A stretch of 64,000 bases of DNA from an uncultured Chromatiales bacterium (GCA_964581365.1 CAZOOF010000002.1:9826-73825), one strand, 5' to 3'. Counted from the first letter of the stretch, positions 39,733 to 49,114 are shown. Made by a program: numbers and translations. Notes: generated from the letters alone by a model not told the origin.

Positions 39733-40208
39733 AGGCGAGCGCCAATCGCCAGATTGATGTCCAGATCCGTATCCGGAGCAACATCGAGAATCGGCACGAA
39801 CTCGCCAAAGAGTTCGACCGGCTGCCGGGGGAAGTGGTAGGTGATGCCGAGGGGAATGCGTATTCCAAACAGCGTGTCGTCCTTGTTCCGGCCGCGACCA
39901 TCGTCGTCTTCGAACTTGATCCTGCCGCCGAGCCCGTAGAACAGGGATACCCGGCCTTCAAAGTCCGCGGGGCGGAGCATGTTGAAGTCGTGAATCAGAT
40001 AATCGGCATGGAACTGAAACGAGTCGTTCTCGGAGAACGACCACGCCGCGCCGGCGTCAACCGCATGGGTATTATTGAGCCAGCTCTTGACGGTCAGACC
40101 GGTAGGTTCGCCGATGATGATGCCGGCACCGAAAGTCCCCTGCGCCTGTGCGCTGCCCCAGCCCAGACCGAACGCCAGCGCAACGATGATTCCCGTCCTG
40201 TTCTTCAT
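39723..40208 (-). CDS. Small outer-membrane beta-barrel protein (OmpW-like), 161 aa.
   Basis: Signal peptide MKNRTGIIVALAFGLGWGSAQA, alternating hydrophobic strands, and a C-terminal …GARLYF. Confidence 0.65.
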   Translation of the reverse strand: MKNRTGIIVALAFGLGWGSAQAQGTFGAGIIIGEPTGLTVKSWLNNTHAVDAGAAWSFSENDSFQFHADYLIHDFNMLRPADFEGRVSLFYGLGGRIKFEDDDGRGRNKDDTLFGIRIPLGITYHFPRQPVELFGEFVPILDVAPDTDLDINLAIGARLYF

Positions 40209-40312
40209 TGGTTGCTTCTCCCCGCGAAGCGCAAGAATACCGGAGGGCGGAAACAAGGGAAAGGGCAGAGGGATGTGAGCAAGCCCGCGTGATGCGTCCT
40301 CATCCCCGCCAA

Positions 40313-40795
40313 TCAGTCGGTCCTCTTCCCTTTCTCGCCTTCGCGCCGCGGCGGCTGATTGATCAACAGCCAGTACATGCCGAGCTTTTGCACGGCCGCC
40401 GAGAAGCGCTCGAAATTCACGGGCTTGACGATGTAGCTGTTGACTCCCAGCTCATACGAGCCGACCACGTCCTGCAGCTCCATCGATGAAGTCAGGATGA
40501 CCGTGGGGATCATGCGCGTGCGGTCGTCGCTCTTGATCCGCCGCAAGACGTCCAGCCCGTCGACCTTCGGCAGCTTCAGATCCAGCAGGATCACCTTGGG
40601 CGTGTCATTGATGCTGCGCCCGGCGTAGCTGCCCTCGCAGAAGATGTAATCCAGCGCCTCCTGGCCATCGCGCGCAACGATGATCTCATTGCTCAGACCA
40701 GCCCTCCTCAGCGCACGCAAGGTAAGCTCGATGTCGTCAGGATTATCCTCGACCAGCAGAATCTCGATGGCCGGATTGAGCTTTGCATTATTCAT
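40313..40795 (-). CDS. Single-domain (receiver-only, CheY-like) response regulator.
   Basis: ILLVEDNPDD…ILLDLKLPKVDG…KPV… gives the receiver Asp pocket. No output domain. Confidence 0.8.
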   Translation of the reverse strand: MNNAKLNPAIEILLVEDNPDDIELTLRALRRAGLSNEIIVARDGQEALDYIFCEGSYAGRSINDTPKVILLDLKLPKVDGLDVLRRIKSDDRTRMIPTVILTSSMELQDVVGSYELGVNSYIVKPVNFERFSAAVQKLGMYWLLINQPPRREGEKGKRTD

Positions 40796-40954
40796 GGTGC
40801 CGGATCCTCAGTGCGGGTCACGCCGCGCCCCGGTCAGTCCGGGACGCTGCAAGCATGACGGCAACGTTTCGCCCACGCGTCGCCCTCAGGAAAGCACTGC
40901 CCGTTCCTTGGGGCAGCGACCGGTTGCTGGATCCTGCGGGTTGGTTTCCTTGCG

Positions 40955-41446
40955 TCATCTTGCAGCTGGACGGCCGCAGGCGCATTGCGGATTATCAATG
41001 CCTCCGCTCCAGGATTGTGCGGCGGCGCTGGCGGCAGCGAGCAATGCCCCGGGCAGTGCGCCATCGCGCGGGAATGCAGCAGTCCCCCAGCGCAGCACCG
41101 GAGCACCGGCGGCAAACCGTGATGCCGTTCGGGCGGCGCAGCTCAGCGCCCGGATCCGGATGGGAAGACGGTCGGCGGGTATTCCCGGAAGGAGTATCAG
41201 GATGTCGCCGGCGTCACGGAGGCAGACACGATCTCCGGCGCGCACGGCCAGACCGATGGCATACAGCAGTTCGCACCGATATTCGCCGCCACGAGGATGG
41301 ACACCGGGATCGAGGAGCACGACACCGAGCGGGTATCGATGGCGCGATGCCCGCGCCAGCTCTTCCCGGAGGATGCGGCGTACCGATGGCCCGACCATCT
41401 CCGGCCACGCCCCCCGGACAGAAAACCCATGGACTTCAATGTCCAT
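40955..41446 (-). CDS. Hypothetical protein resembling a degenerate or truncated GGDEF domain.
   Basis: …LGVVLLD…DRVCLRDAGDILILLPGIPADRLPIRIRAL… parallels …LSVLMLD…DLVARYGGEEFVVLLPET…AERIR… with the GG(D/E)EF motif replaced by AGDIL. Coding call chosen over the overlapping + strand R-rich ORF. Confidence 0.4.
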   Translation of the reverse strand: MDIEVHGFSVRGAWPEMVGPSVRRILREELARASRHRYPLGVVLLDPGVHPRGGEYRCELLYAIGLAVRAGDRVCLRDAGDILILLPGIPADRLPIRIRALSCAARTASRFAAGAPVLRWGTAAFPRDGALPGALLAAASAAAQSWSGGIDNPQCACGRPAAR

Positions 41447-41542
41447 CGCACGGCGGCCCTCGCCATCCGCTTCTCCGTGTAATCAAATAACTATACCGTG
41501 AAACGATTCGTGTCAACGCCTTTTTGTCTAGAATCAGGCGCC

Positions 41543-41830
41543 ATGTCACGGAAAATCAATCCCTTCGGTTTGCGTATGCCGGCGGAACTCCGCCGTCATC
41601 TGGAAGAATCGGCCCAGGCGAACCGGAGAAGCATGAATGCCGAGCTGGTACTGCGCTTGCAGGAAAGCCTGGATGCACACCCGCTCCTGATCCCGGAAAT
41701 ACGGGAGCCGGCGGAGAATTACGCGCTGACGGCGAAGGAAGCCGCGCTGCTCTCGGCCTGGGAGTCCCTCAACCGGAGAGGCCGACGGGCGCTGCTCGAC
41801 CTGCTGCCCACACTCGAGACGAAACGCTGA
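41543..41830 (+). CDS. Arc/MetJ-type ribbon-helix-helix DNA-binding protein (orphan).
   Basis: …FGLRMPAELRRHLEESAQANRRSMNAELVLRLQESL is an Arc-like RHH motif. Confidence 0.6.
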   Translation: MSRKINPFGLRMPAELRRHLEESAQANRRSMNAELVLRLQESLDAHPLLIPEIREPAENYALTAKEAALLSAWESLNRRGRRALLDLLPTLETKR

Positions 41831-41852
41831 TCCCTGCCGCGACGGCTGCGGA

Positions 41853-42281
41853 TCAGTTCAGGTCGGCGGCGTAACGCCGCAACAACTCCAGCGGTACGAG
41901 TTCCAGCGCGCGGCGATGGGTGCTGCGCAGGTATACGCGCGGCGCCATTCCGAGCTGCTGCGCTTCGAGCCAGCGCGCGGCGCAGAGACACCAGCGATCG
42001 CCGGGCTTCAGACCCGGAAAGCCGAATTCAGGCACCGGCGTACTGAGATCGTTGCCGCGAAAGCGTGAAAACTCGAGAAACTCGCGCGAGGCTTCGATGC
42101 ACACTGTATGAGAGCCGGTATCCTCGGCGCTGGTGTTACAGCAGCCGTCGCGAAAGAATCCGGTCAGCGGGCGGGCGCTACAAAGCTCGAGCGGTTCGCC
42201 AAAAACGTTGAGGGATTCGTCGATCTGCGCTTTCAGGCTCACACCATCTCTCCGGATCACCGCATCGGCAGGATCGGTCAT
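41853..42281 (-). CDS. DUF2237-family protein.
   Basis: …PLTGFFRDGCCNTSAEDTGSHTVC…FLEFSRFRGNDLSTPVPEFGFPGLKPGDRWCLCAARW… is a conserved Cys-rich DUF2237 core. The N-terminal extent is uncertain. Confidence 0.65.
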   Translation of the reverse strand: MTDPADAVIRRDGVSLKAQIDESLNVFGEPLELCSARPLTGFFRDGCCNTSAEDTGSHTVCIEASREFLEFSRFRGNDLSTPVPEFGFPGLKPGDRWCLCAARWLEAQQLGMAPRVYLRSTHRRALELVPLELLRRYAADLN

Positions 42282-42371
42282 TATACGATCGCCGCCGAGG
42301 ACCAGCGAGGATTCCCGGCTGGAAATCGGCACGCCGAGCACATAGACTTCTCCAAACGCCGGAGTTTTCCT

Positions 42372-42662
42372 GTGTGGTCTGTCTATATCATCCAGTGCGC
42401 CGACGATACGCTCTACACCGGCGTCACCACCGCTGTCGATCGCCGTATGCGCGAGCATGCCAGCGGCGGACGGCGCGCGGCACGCTATCTGCGCGGCCGC
42501 GGGCCGCTGCGCCTGGTGTTTACCTGCGCCGTCGCCGATCGCGGCACGGCGCTGCGCATGGAGCATCGCATCAAAAAGCTGCCGAGACAATTCAAGGACA
42601 TGCTTATCTCCGGCAGCATTGCGCTGGATGCACTGGAACGGGACCATGATGGCTGTCGATGA
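42372..42662 (+). CDS. GIY-YIG nuclease-superfamily protein (YhbQ/UPF0213-like), 96 aa.
   Basis: VWSVYIIQCADDTLYTGVTTAVDRRMREHASG… versus E. coli YhbQ ([31 protein letters not shown]). GTG start at 42372 with GGAG 7 nt upstream. Confidence 0.7.
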   Translation: MWSVYIIQCADDTLYTGVTTAVDRRMREHASGGRRAARYLRGRGPLRLVFTCAVADRGTALRMEHRIKKLPRQFKDMLISGSIALDALERDHDGCR

Positions 42663-43452
42663 GTCCGGGACTTTGAGCGACGCCCCTTGGTGGACGACGC
42701 GGCACGTGAGTTCAGGGCGCACGCTGACGCTGCGGCTGGGGCCGCTCATACTCAGAGCGCATCGCAGTGCCAGCGAGTGGCTGCTATCCACCGAGGAGAT
42801 CGATGAAGCTGAAGCCGAGCCGCTAGCCACCCTGAAAATGAGCGATGAACGGCCGGATGAGCATGTGCGTTATGTGTGCCGCGATCCCGAGGACCGGATC
42901 ACTTTCCGCCCCATGCTCGCCGATCGCCCCATGGTCGTACGCCCTCGCCAGGCCGTCTACGTGCTGCCTGGCGAGGAAACGATCCTTTATATAAGCACAC
43001 CGGTATGGGTCGGCATAGTCGCCGGCGAGAAGGAGCTGTTGCTGCGCGAGATTCCCGTCTCCCGGCCATCCGACACCTGGTTCGGGCCATCGACGCTCAC
43101 CGGCGAGATCTGCTATGCGGCCCGCACCCAGGCCCGCAATGCGCTCACCGAAGTGCCGCTGCGCGCCCATCGCGTCCTAACCGCCCTGCGCATCGAAAAC
43201 CGTGCGGATACACCGCTTCCGGTGGAAAAACTCAGCCTTCCGGTACCCCTGCTTTCCACCTGGGGGCGGAGTGATGGCAGCCTTTGGTCCGATACAGTGC
43301 ATCTGCAGCGGGTAACCGACAGCGATATGGCGGCTGTGCGCGTGGAACGGGGACCGCCGGCTTATGCCAGCGACGCCACTCTGCTCGCCAGTCCCCGTAT
43401 GCAGGCCGGCAAGGGCGGTCTGGTACGCGCATTCTCCGGCCTGTTCAGCTGA
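42646..43452 (+). CDS. Conserved hypothetical protein (about 268 aa).
   Basis: Long ORF with protein-like composition. It overlaps the end of the GIY-YIG gene. No family recognised. Confidence 0.5.
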   Translation: MMAVDESGTLSDAPWWTTRHVSSGRTLTLRLGPLILRAHRSASEWLLSTEEIDEAEAEPLATLKMSDERPDEHVRYVCRDPEDRITFRPMLADRPMVVRPRQAVYVLPGEETILYISTPVWVGIVAGEKELLLREIPVSRPSDTWFGPSTLTGEICYAARTQARNALTEVPLRAHRVLTALRIENRADTPLPVEKLSLPVPLLSTWGRSDGSLWSDTVHLQRVTDSDMAAVRVERGPPAYASDATLLASPRMQAGKGGLVRAFSGLFS

Positions 43453-43453
43453 T

Positions 43454-44323
43454 ATGGAAAACGCTCTCGTCGACGGCCTGACCTCGATCTTCACCGGCGA
43501 TCGCGCACTGGCGGTTCTGCGCGCGGTCGTTCTGATGGTGGCGGGACTGGTGGTTGCCGCCCTGGTATCGCGACTGCCGCAACGGATCATGGGCAAGCGC
43601 CTGACGCCGCACCAGGCCATGCTGACCAGGCGCCTCCTCTACTACCTGATACTGGCTTTGTTCATCGCCTCGGCGCTGCATGAGCTCGGTTTCAGTCTCG
43701 GCGTGCTGCTGGGCGCCGCCGGCGTACTGTCGGTAGCGATCGGCTTCGCTTCCCAGACATCGGTCTCCAATCTGATCAGCGGCCTGTTTCTCATCGGAGA
43801 GCGACCATTCGAGATCGGCGATCTCATTCGCGTCGGCACCACCACCGGCGAGGTGCTGTCGATCGATCTGCTGTCGGTCAAGCTGCGGACCTTCGACAAT
43901 CTGTATGTCCGCATTCCGAATGAGCAGCTCATCAAAGGTGAAGTCACCACGCTCACGCGCTTTCCGATCCGTCGCTTCGATCTCAAGATCCGGGTCGCCC
44001 GCAAGGAAGACATCAGCCGTGTGCGCGAAGTGCTGATGGAAGTGGCGGATCGCAATCCGCTCTGCCTGGACGAACCAAGGCCGCTGTTCATCTTCAGAGG
44101 CTTCGGTGAATCCTCGCTCGACATACAATTTTCCGCATGGGCCAGGCGCGAGAACTATCTCGATCTGCTCAACACCCTGCAGGAGGACGTGAAGCGCGCC
44201 TTCGACGAAGCGGGCATCGAGATTCCGTTCCCGCATCGCGCCCTGTATACCGGCGAGGAAACCAGACCCTTCCCGGTCATCGTGCACGGCGCTCCGTCAG
44301 ACTCGCGCTCCGAAAAGGCATGA
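43454..44323 (+). CDS. Small-conductance mechanosensitive channel (MscS family).
   Basis: 3 TM helices, then the conserved MscS beta-domain (…IGDLIRVGTTTGEVLSIDLLSVKLRTFDNLYVRIPNEQL…). Confidence 0.8.
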   Translation: MENALVDGLTSIFTGDRALAVLRAVVLMVAGLVVAALVSRLPQRIMGKRLTPHQAMLTRRLLYYLILALFIASALHELGFSLGVLLGAAGVLSVAIGFASQTSVSNLISGLFLIGERPFEIGDLIRVGTTTGEVLSIDLLSVKLRTFDNLYVRIPNEQLIKGEVTTLTRFPIRRFDLKIRVARKEDISRVREVLMEVADRNPLCLDEPRPLFIFRGFGESSLDIQFSAWARRENYLDLLNTLQEDVKRAFDEAGIEIPFPHRALYTGEETRPFPVIVHGAPSDSRSEKA

Positions 44324-45315
44324 AGCAGAACCGTCCCCTTCCGGCGCCCGCCGCGCTGGCGCTGTGTCTCGTGCTCGCCTCGCCATCGATGGCCGTCTGG
44401 TCTAGCGAGGAGACGAACGCCTGCCTGAGCGCGACCTCGCGCACGGCGCCCGATGAGATGACCGTCGGCGAACTGCGGCGAATGTGCGAGCTCGACCGCC
44501 CCGGCTCGGGACCGACGCCGCGCAGCGTCATGGGAGCCCGTCTGGCCTTCGAACGCGCCAGCTGGCACAACCCTTTCGTCCTGACGGCGCATCGCCCCAA
44601 CTACGTCATGCCGCTGACCTGGGTACGTTTACCGTCACGCCCGGATGGCACCGGACGACACGACTTCGAGTTGCAGTTCCAGCTCAGTCAGAAGGTGCTC
44701 CTGGCGGAAGGCGCCATCGCCGGCCACGGTGCACTCTATGTCGCCTACACCAACCGCTCGTACTGGCAGGCCTACAGCCGGGAACGATCGGCGCCGTTTC
44801 GGGAAACGAATCACGAGCCGGAACTCATACTCAGCTTCGATAGCGGACTGAGCGCGCTCGGAGTGCAGCTGACCACCTACCAGCTGATTTTCAACCATCA
44901 ATCGAACGGGCGCAGCGGCGATGATTCGAGGAGCTGGAACCGCGTCATCCTCAATGCGCTGTTCGAGAAGGACGATTTCGTCTTTGCTCTGCGACCCTGG
45001 TGGCGGATTCCGGAAGATGCGAAATCCTCGCCCGAGGACGCTGCGGGTGACGACAATCCGGATATCGAACGTTACTACGGACAGATGGAGATCGGAGGCG
45101 CCTGGATGCGCGGCTCCAATCTGTACAGCTTCACGGTGCGCAACAATCTTCGCAGCGATAATCGGAGTGCGATCGAACTGAGCTGGAGCTTTCCGGTCTA
45201 CCGCAGCATTCGCGCCTCGATCCGTTACTTCAATGGTTACGGAGAGAGCCTGATCAACTACAACCGCTCGAGCCAGAGCCTGGGCCTGGGCTTTCTGTTT
45301 ACCGACTGGCTGTGA
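44320..45315 (+). CDS. pldA: Outer-membrane phospholipase A (PldA/OMPLA).
   Basis: Signal peptide and OMPLA motifs (…YTNRSYWQ…ETNHEPEL…IFNHQSNGRSG… catalytic His-Ser-Asn). Start overlaps the mscS stop (ATGA). Confidence 0.8.
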   Translation: MKQNRPLPAPAALALCLVLASPSMAVWSSEETNACLSATSRTAPDEMTVGELRRMCELDRPGSGPTPRSVMGARLAFERASWHNPFVLTAHRPNYVMPLTWVRLPSRPDGTGRHDFELQFQLSQKVLLAEGAIAGHGALYVAYTNRSYWQAYSRERSAPFRETNHEPELILSFDSGLSALGVQLTTYQLIFNHQSNGRSGDDSRSWNRVILNALFEKDDFVFALRPWWRIPEDAKSSPEDAAGDDNPDIERYYGQMEIGGAWMRGSNLYSFTVRNNLRSDNRSAIELSWSFPVYRSIRASIRYFNGYGESLINYNRSSQSLGLGFLFTDWL

Positions 45316-45359
45316 GACCGCGGTTTCACAGCGTGACCCGCATGCGGTAAGATCGCCGC

Positions 45360-45746
45360 ATGGATGTAAGGACCAGCAGAAACGGCGGCTCCCGGCTGGC
45401 GCTCGCAGGAGCGCTGCTGTCATTTTTTCTCGCGCCGGCGGCACAGGCCGAGTGCATCGTGGTCACCGCCAGCGATTATCAGGCCGGCAGCGCTGACATG
45501 GGAGTGACGCCGGTCGAGTGGCTGGCGGAACTGAGCAACGAATGCCCGGCGAGCTACGACGCAGACCTGGAGATCGCCTTTGTCGATGAAGGCGGCAACA
45601 CGATATACAAGGTGAGCGAGCTGGTCACGGTGCCGCGCCATGGCAACACCACGGCACAACGGGAAATTTATATTCCCGCGCCCGATTTCGAGCGGATTCA
45701 CGACCTGCAGGTGAAGATCCTCGCGGAGCGCGAACGGCCGTTCTAG
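45360..45746 (+). CDS. Hypothetical secreted protein (128 aa).
   Basis: Signal peptide …LAPAAQA. No family recognised. Confidence 0.5.
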   Translation: MDVRTSRNGGSRLALAGALLSFFLAPAAQAECIVVTASDYQAGSADMGVTPVEWLAELSNECPASYDADLEIAFVDEGGNTIYKVSELVTVPRHGNTTAQREIYIPAPDFERIHDLQVKILAERERPF

Positions 45747-45793
45747 CGTCCGGTACCCTCAGGCGGGCATTCGGTTCCCGCCGGCTCCGGGCA

Positions 45794-46297
45794 TCAGCGG
45801 GCTTCCAGAGGAGCCGAACGCGCCGCCCCCACGGCCCGCAGATGCCGGCCGAGTTCCTGTGCCTCCGTCCGGTCGACGCTGGCCATCTCGAAATGGACGC
45901 CACGAAACTCCCCATCGAACGGGCGGAAAACGATGAAATAGGTCTGGCCGGGAGCGAGGTCGAAGCGCCGCTCGCGGGTCATTTCCCGGATCTGATGTGA
46001 ATGTCCCCAGCTGGTATCGGAATGCGCGGCCAGAAAAACCGGTCCCGGCTGGAGGCGGACCAGCGTGTACTCGCCCTTGCCCAGCTTGAGCAGGAACGTG
46101 CGGTCGGCATCCACGGCGATCGCATTGTCGGCAAATCCCATATAGCGCTCGGTCCAGGGCCGGATGAAATAGACCGAGGCGGCCTCGGAATCGGACGCCA
46201 GCCGGGCATGGCCCTCGTCTATCCGCGTGACAGCGCAGCCGGCGAGCAGCAATACGGATATCAGCGACAGACAGGCAGTTGCACGCAGCAGATACAT
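45794..46297 (-). CDS. Hypothetical lipoprotein (167 aa).
   Basis: Lipobox LLAGC at the N-terminus. No family recognised. Confidence 0.55.
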   Translation of the reverse strand: MYLLRATACLSLISVLLLAGCAVTRIDEGHARLASDSEAASVYFIRPWTERYMGFADNAIAVDADRTFLLKLGKGEYTLVRLQPGPVFLAAHSDTSWGHSHQIREMTRERRFDLAPGQTYFIVFRPFDGEFRGVHFEMASVDRTEAQELGRHLRAVGAARSAPLEAR

Positions 46298-46579
46298 CGT
46301 TGGATTCCCTCCGGATTGCGATCATGACATCAGGATCGGGCGGCGACAAGCCCGTCCGGCCGCCCGCCACCAGCGGAAGCGGATGAAACCGGTCAGCTTT
46401 TTCTGTAAAATTCCGTCGCATAAAAAAGCGGTCTGGCCGGTCGCCGGCAAGGATCGCGCATGAGCCGGACCAACGGGGATCCATCCATACCCAGCAGCGA
46501 ACATCGTCACCTGCGCCCGATGCCGTGGGCAGGCCGATCCGGCCCCGAATCACCAATGTCTTTTGAGGAGATCTGCAGC

Positions 46580-47446
46580 ATGTCAGTCAAACATCCGGTC
46601 GTTGCCGTCACCGGTTCCTCGGGCGCGGGCACCAGCACGGTAAAGGCCTCGTTCGAGCACCTTTTCCGGCGTGAAGGTATCAAGGCCGCCATCGTCGAAG
46701 GCGATGCCTTCCATCGTTATGACCGCAACGAAATGAAGAAGGCGGTCGAGGAAGCGGCGCAGCAGGGCAGGACGCTGAGCCACTTCGGATCGGAAGCCAA
46801 TCTGTTCGAGGAATTGGAAGCGCTGTTCCGCAGCTACAGCGAAACCGGCACGGGCAAGGTCCGCAAGTACCTGCATGACGAGGAAGAGGCGGCCCCCTAC
46901 AAGCAGAAGCCCGGCACATTCACCCCCTGGGAAGATCTGCCCGGCGGCACCGATCTGCTGTTTTACGAAGGCCTTCATGGCGGCGTGGCCACCGAAACGG
47001 CCAATGTGGCCAAGTGGGTGGATCTGCTGATCGGCGTGGTGCCGATCGTCAACCTGGAGTGGATCCAGAAGATCCACCGCGATACATCCATGCGCGGCTA
47101 CTCGGCCGAAGCGGTGACCGATGCGATCCTGCGTCGCATGCCGGACTACGTGAAGACGATCACCCCGCAGTTCTCGCGTACCGACATCAACTTCCAGCGC
47201 GTGCCGGTGGTCGACACCTCCAACCCATTCATTGCTCGCGATATCCCCACGCTGGATGAAAGCTTCGTCGTCATCCGCTTCCGCTTCCCGGAAAAGCACG
47301 ACTTCCCGTACTACCTGTCGATGCTGAAGGATTCCTGGATGTCGCGTCCGAACACCATGGTCGTACCGGGCGGCAAGATGGGAGTGGCGATGGAGATCGT
47401 CCTGCGTCCGATCATCCACGACATGATGGAAAAGAGCCGCCGCTGA
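46580..47446 (+). CDS. prk: Phosphoribulokinase (Calvin-cycle PRK/CbbP).
   Basis: MSVKHPVVAVTGSSGAGTSTV… P-loop N-terminus, 289 aa as in bacterial PRK. Confidence 0.9.
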   Translation: MSVKHPVVAVTGSSGAGTSTVKASFEHLFRREGIKAAIVEGDAFHRYDRNEMKKAVEEAAQQGRTLSHFGSEANLFEELEALFRSYSETGTGKVRKYLHDEEEAAPYKQKPGTFTPWEDLPGGTDLLFYEGLHGGVATETANVAKWVDLLIGVVPIVNLEWIQKIHRDTSMRGYSAEAVTDAILRRMPDYVKTITPQFSRTDINFQRVPVVDTSNPFIARDIPTLDESFVVIRFRFPEKHDFPYYLSMLKDSWMSRPNTMVVPGGKMGVAMEIVLRPIIHDMMEKSRR

Positions 47447-47520
47447 GTCGGACACCCGGACCGCCACTTCGGTGGCGGTCCATTCTTCCTCTCCTCGCCC
47501 GCCGCCAGCGGCACCCTCTC

Positions 47521-48927
47521 TCAGTTTTCCGCTATCAGCTCCCGCACGGACTCGATGCGCCGCGCGAAGGGTTCATTCCTGCGTAATGCCTGAGGAAGCC
47601 CCGCGATGGCCTGCCGGGCATCGGAGTGAGTAGCAAAACTGCCGTGCAGCACGATGTAGGAACCGCGGACCGTGGCCAGCGCGATGGTACGGCCGGACAG
47701 CGTGTGCCTGCTGATGAACTGCCTGGCTTTCTCCTCGTCCGGAGCACTGGCCAGCTGGATCGTGTATCGCCGGGGATCCTGCCCGAGCAGCCAGGTTACA
47801 TCATCGATCGGTCCAGCAGCCGCCCGAGCTGAAACGGCTGGCGTCGCCGGCTGAGCCGGCGGTGTGGGCGACGGTGACGCCGGTGGTGTGGAGCCGGTCG
47901 CGGCAGAAGCCGGGGACGACGGCGGTGACACAGGAGCCACCGGCTCGGGTGCTGGAGTCTCCGCTTCGAGCGCATCCAGGCCGGACAGCGGTTCGGTCAT
48001 CGTATCCGTCGCCATCGGCTCGATTCGCACCAGCGGTGCCGATGTCTGCTCCTTCGCAGGCGTGAACAGTATCTGGTATCCCAGGACTGTAGCGGCAACC
48101 ACCGCTGCGCCGATGACCGCCGGCGCCCACCACTCGGTATGCAGCAGGCGCCGCCGATTCGACTGCGCGCGTGTTTTGCGCCAGGGCCGCGGCTGAACTC
48201 CGCGCAACACATCCGCGGCAATGCGATCGAGTTGCCCGGGTATGCCGCGCGCCAGTCTGGCCAGGGCGCGCGTCTGTTGGGTCTCGAGCGGCGGACGCCC
48301 CGGGCCATCTACCAGGGCGCGGAGATATTCTTCGGCTTCCGCATCGCTCAAGGCGGGCAGGGAGAAAACGGCAAGAGCATCGGACCTGAACGGAGCGAAG
48401 GCAGGGAGCAGCTGGATCCGCCGCTGCAGTTCGCCCGGCGGTGCCGACAGCACTAGAGAGAGAACGCCGCCCTGCTGCGCCACCATCCGCTGCAGATCTA
48501 GCAGCGCCCGCAAGGCAAACGGCGAAAGATTATGAGCATCGTCCACCGCGATGAGCACGCCATGATCCGCGCGCCGGGAAATAACGGCAGCAAGCTCCGC
48601 CGTTCCTTCGCGCGTGGCACCGAATGCCTGCGCGAGCCTGGAGCATAGCGCCGCCTCTCCAAACGGATAGCGCAGTTCGAGAACGCAGGCGGAAGAGACG
48701 GTAGCTGCCAGGCGCGACAGAAACACCGATTTGCCGGAACCGCTATCACCTTCGACCAGAACCGCCTTGGTACCTTCCCGCATGGCGGCGAGCACGGCGG
48801 CCATAACCTCACTCCAGGCCTCGGTCTCCAGGAAGAACTCGGACCGCCCCGGTGCGACAGACGGTCGCGTGTGCGCGCTTTTATCGCCCTGCTCCGCGCC
48901 GATGCCCCGGTGGCTGCTCGCCTCCAT
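47521..48927 (-). CDS. ExeA-like AAA ATPase with single TM, Pro-rich linker and C-terminal SPOR peptidoglycan-binding domain.
   Basis: Walker A LVEGDSGSGKS. TM WWAPAVIGAAVVAATVLGYQILF. P/A/S-rich linker. SPOR-like C-terminus (YTIQLASAPDEEKARQFI…IVLHGSFATHSDARQAIAGLP). Confidence 0.7.
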   Translation of the reverse strand: MEASSHRGIGAEQGDKSAHTRPSVAPGRSEFFLETEAWSEVMAAVLAAMREGTKAVLVEGDSGSGKSVFLSRLAATVSSACVLELRYPFGEAALCSRLAQAFGATREGTAELAAVISRRADHGVLIAVDDAHNLSPFALRALLDLQRMVAQQGGVLSLVLSAPPGELQRRIQLLPAFAPFRSDALAVFSLPALSDAEAEEYLRALVDGPGRPPLETQQTRALARLARGIPGQLDRIAADVLRGVQPRPWRKTRAQSNRRRLLHTEWWAPAVIGAAVVAATVLGYQILFTPAKEQTSAPLVRIEPMATDTMTEPLSGLDALEAETPAPEPVAPVSPPSSPASAATGSTPPASPSPTPPAQPATPAVSARAAAGPIDDVTWLLGQDPRRYTIQLASAPDEEKARQFISRHTLSGRTIALATVRGSYIVLHGSFATHSDARQAIAGLPQALRRNEPFARRIESVRELIAEN

Positions 48928-49114
48928 GTCCAGAATCTCTGTGTCCTGATCGTGCACTGTCGTTACCTGTCGCCGCCACACTGGACGAACGACCCAGTTT
49001 AAGGCAAAACAGCACTCGGGTCAGGTCGTTGGCGGGCAGCGATTCCCTTTTTTCGCGCGCTGCGCGATGCTGTCCCCATTGCCCGGCGGGCAGGGAACCG
49101 ATTTCTCGACGACC

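Noticed and set aside
40783-41490. 235-aa + strand ORF overlapping the degenerate GGDEF-like ORF
   Set aside because: Extremely Arg/Pro/Gly-rich composition. The minus-strand frame shows residual GGDEF-like patterning, so the minus-strand call is kept, at low confidence.
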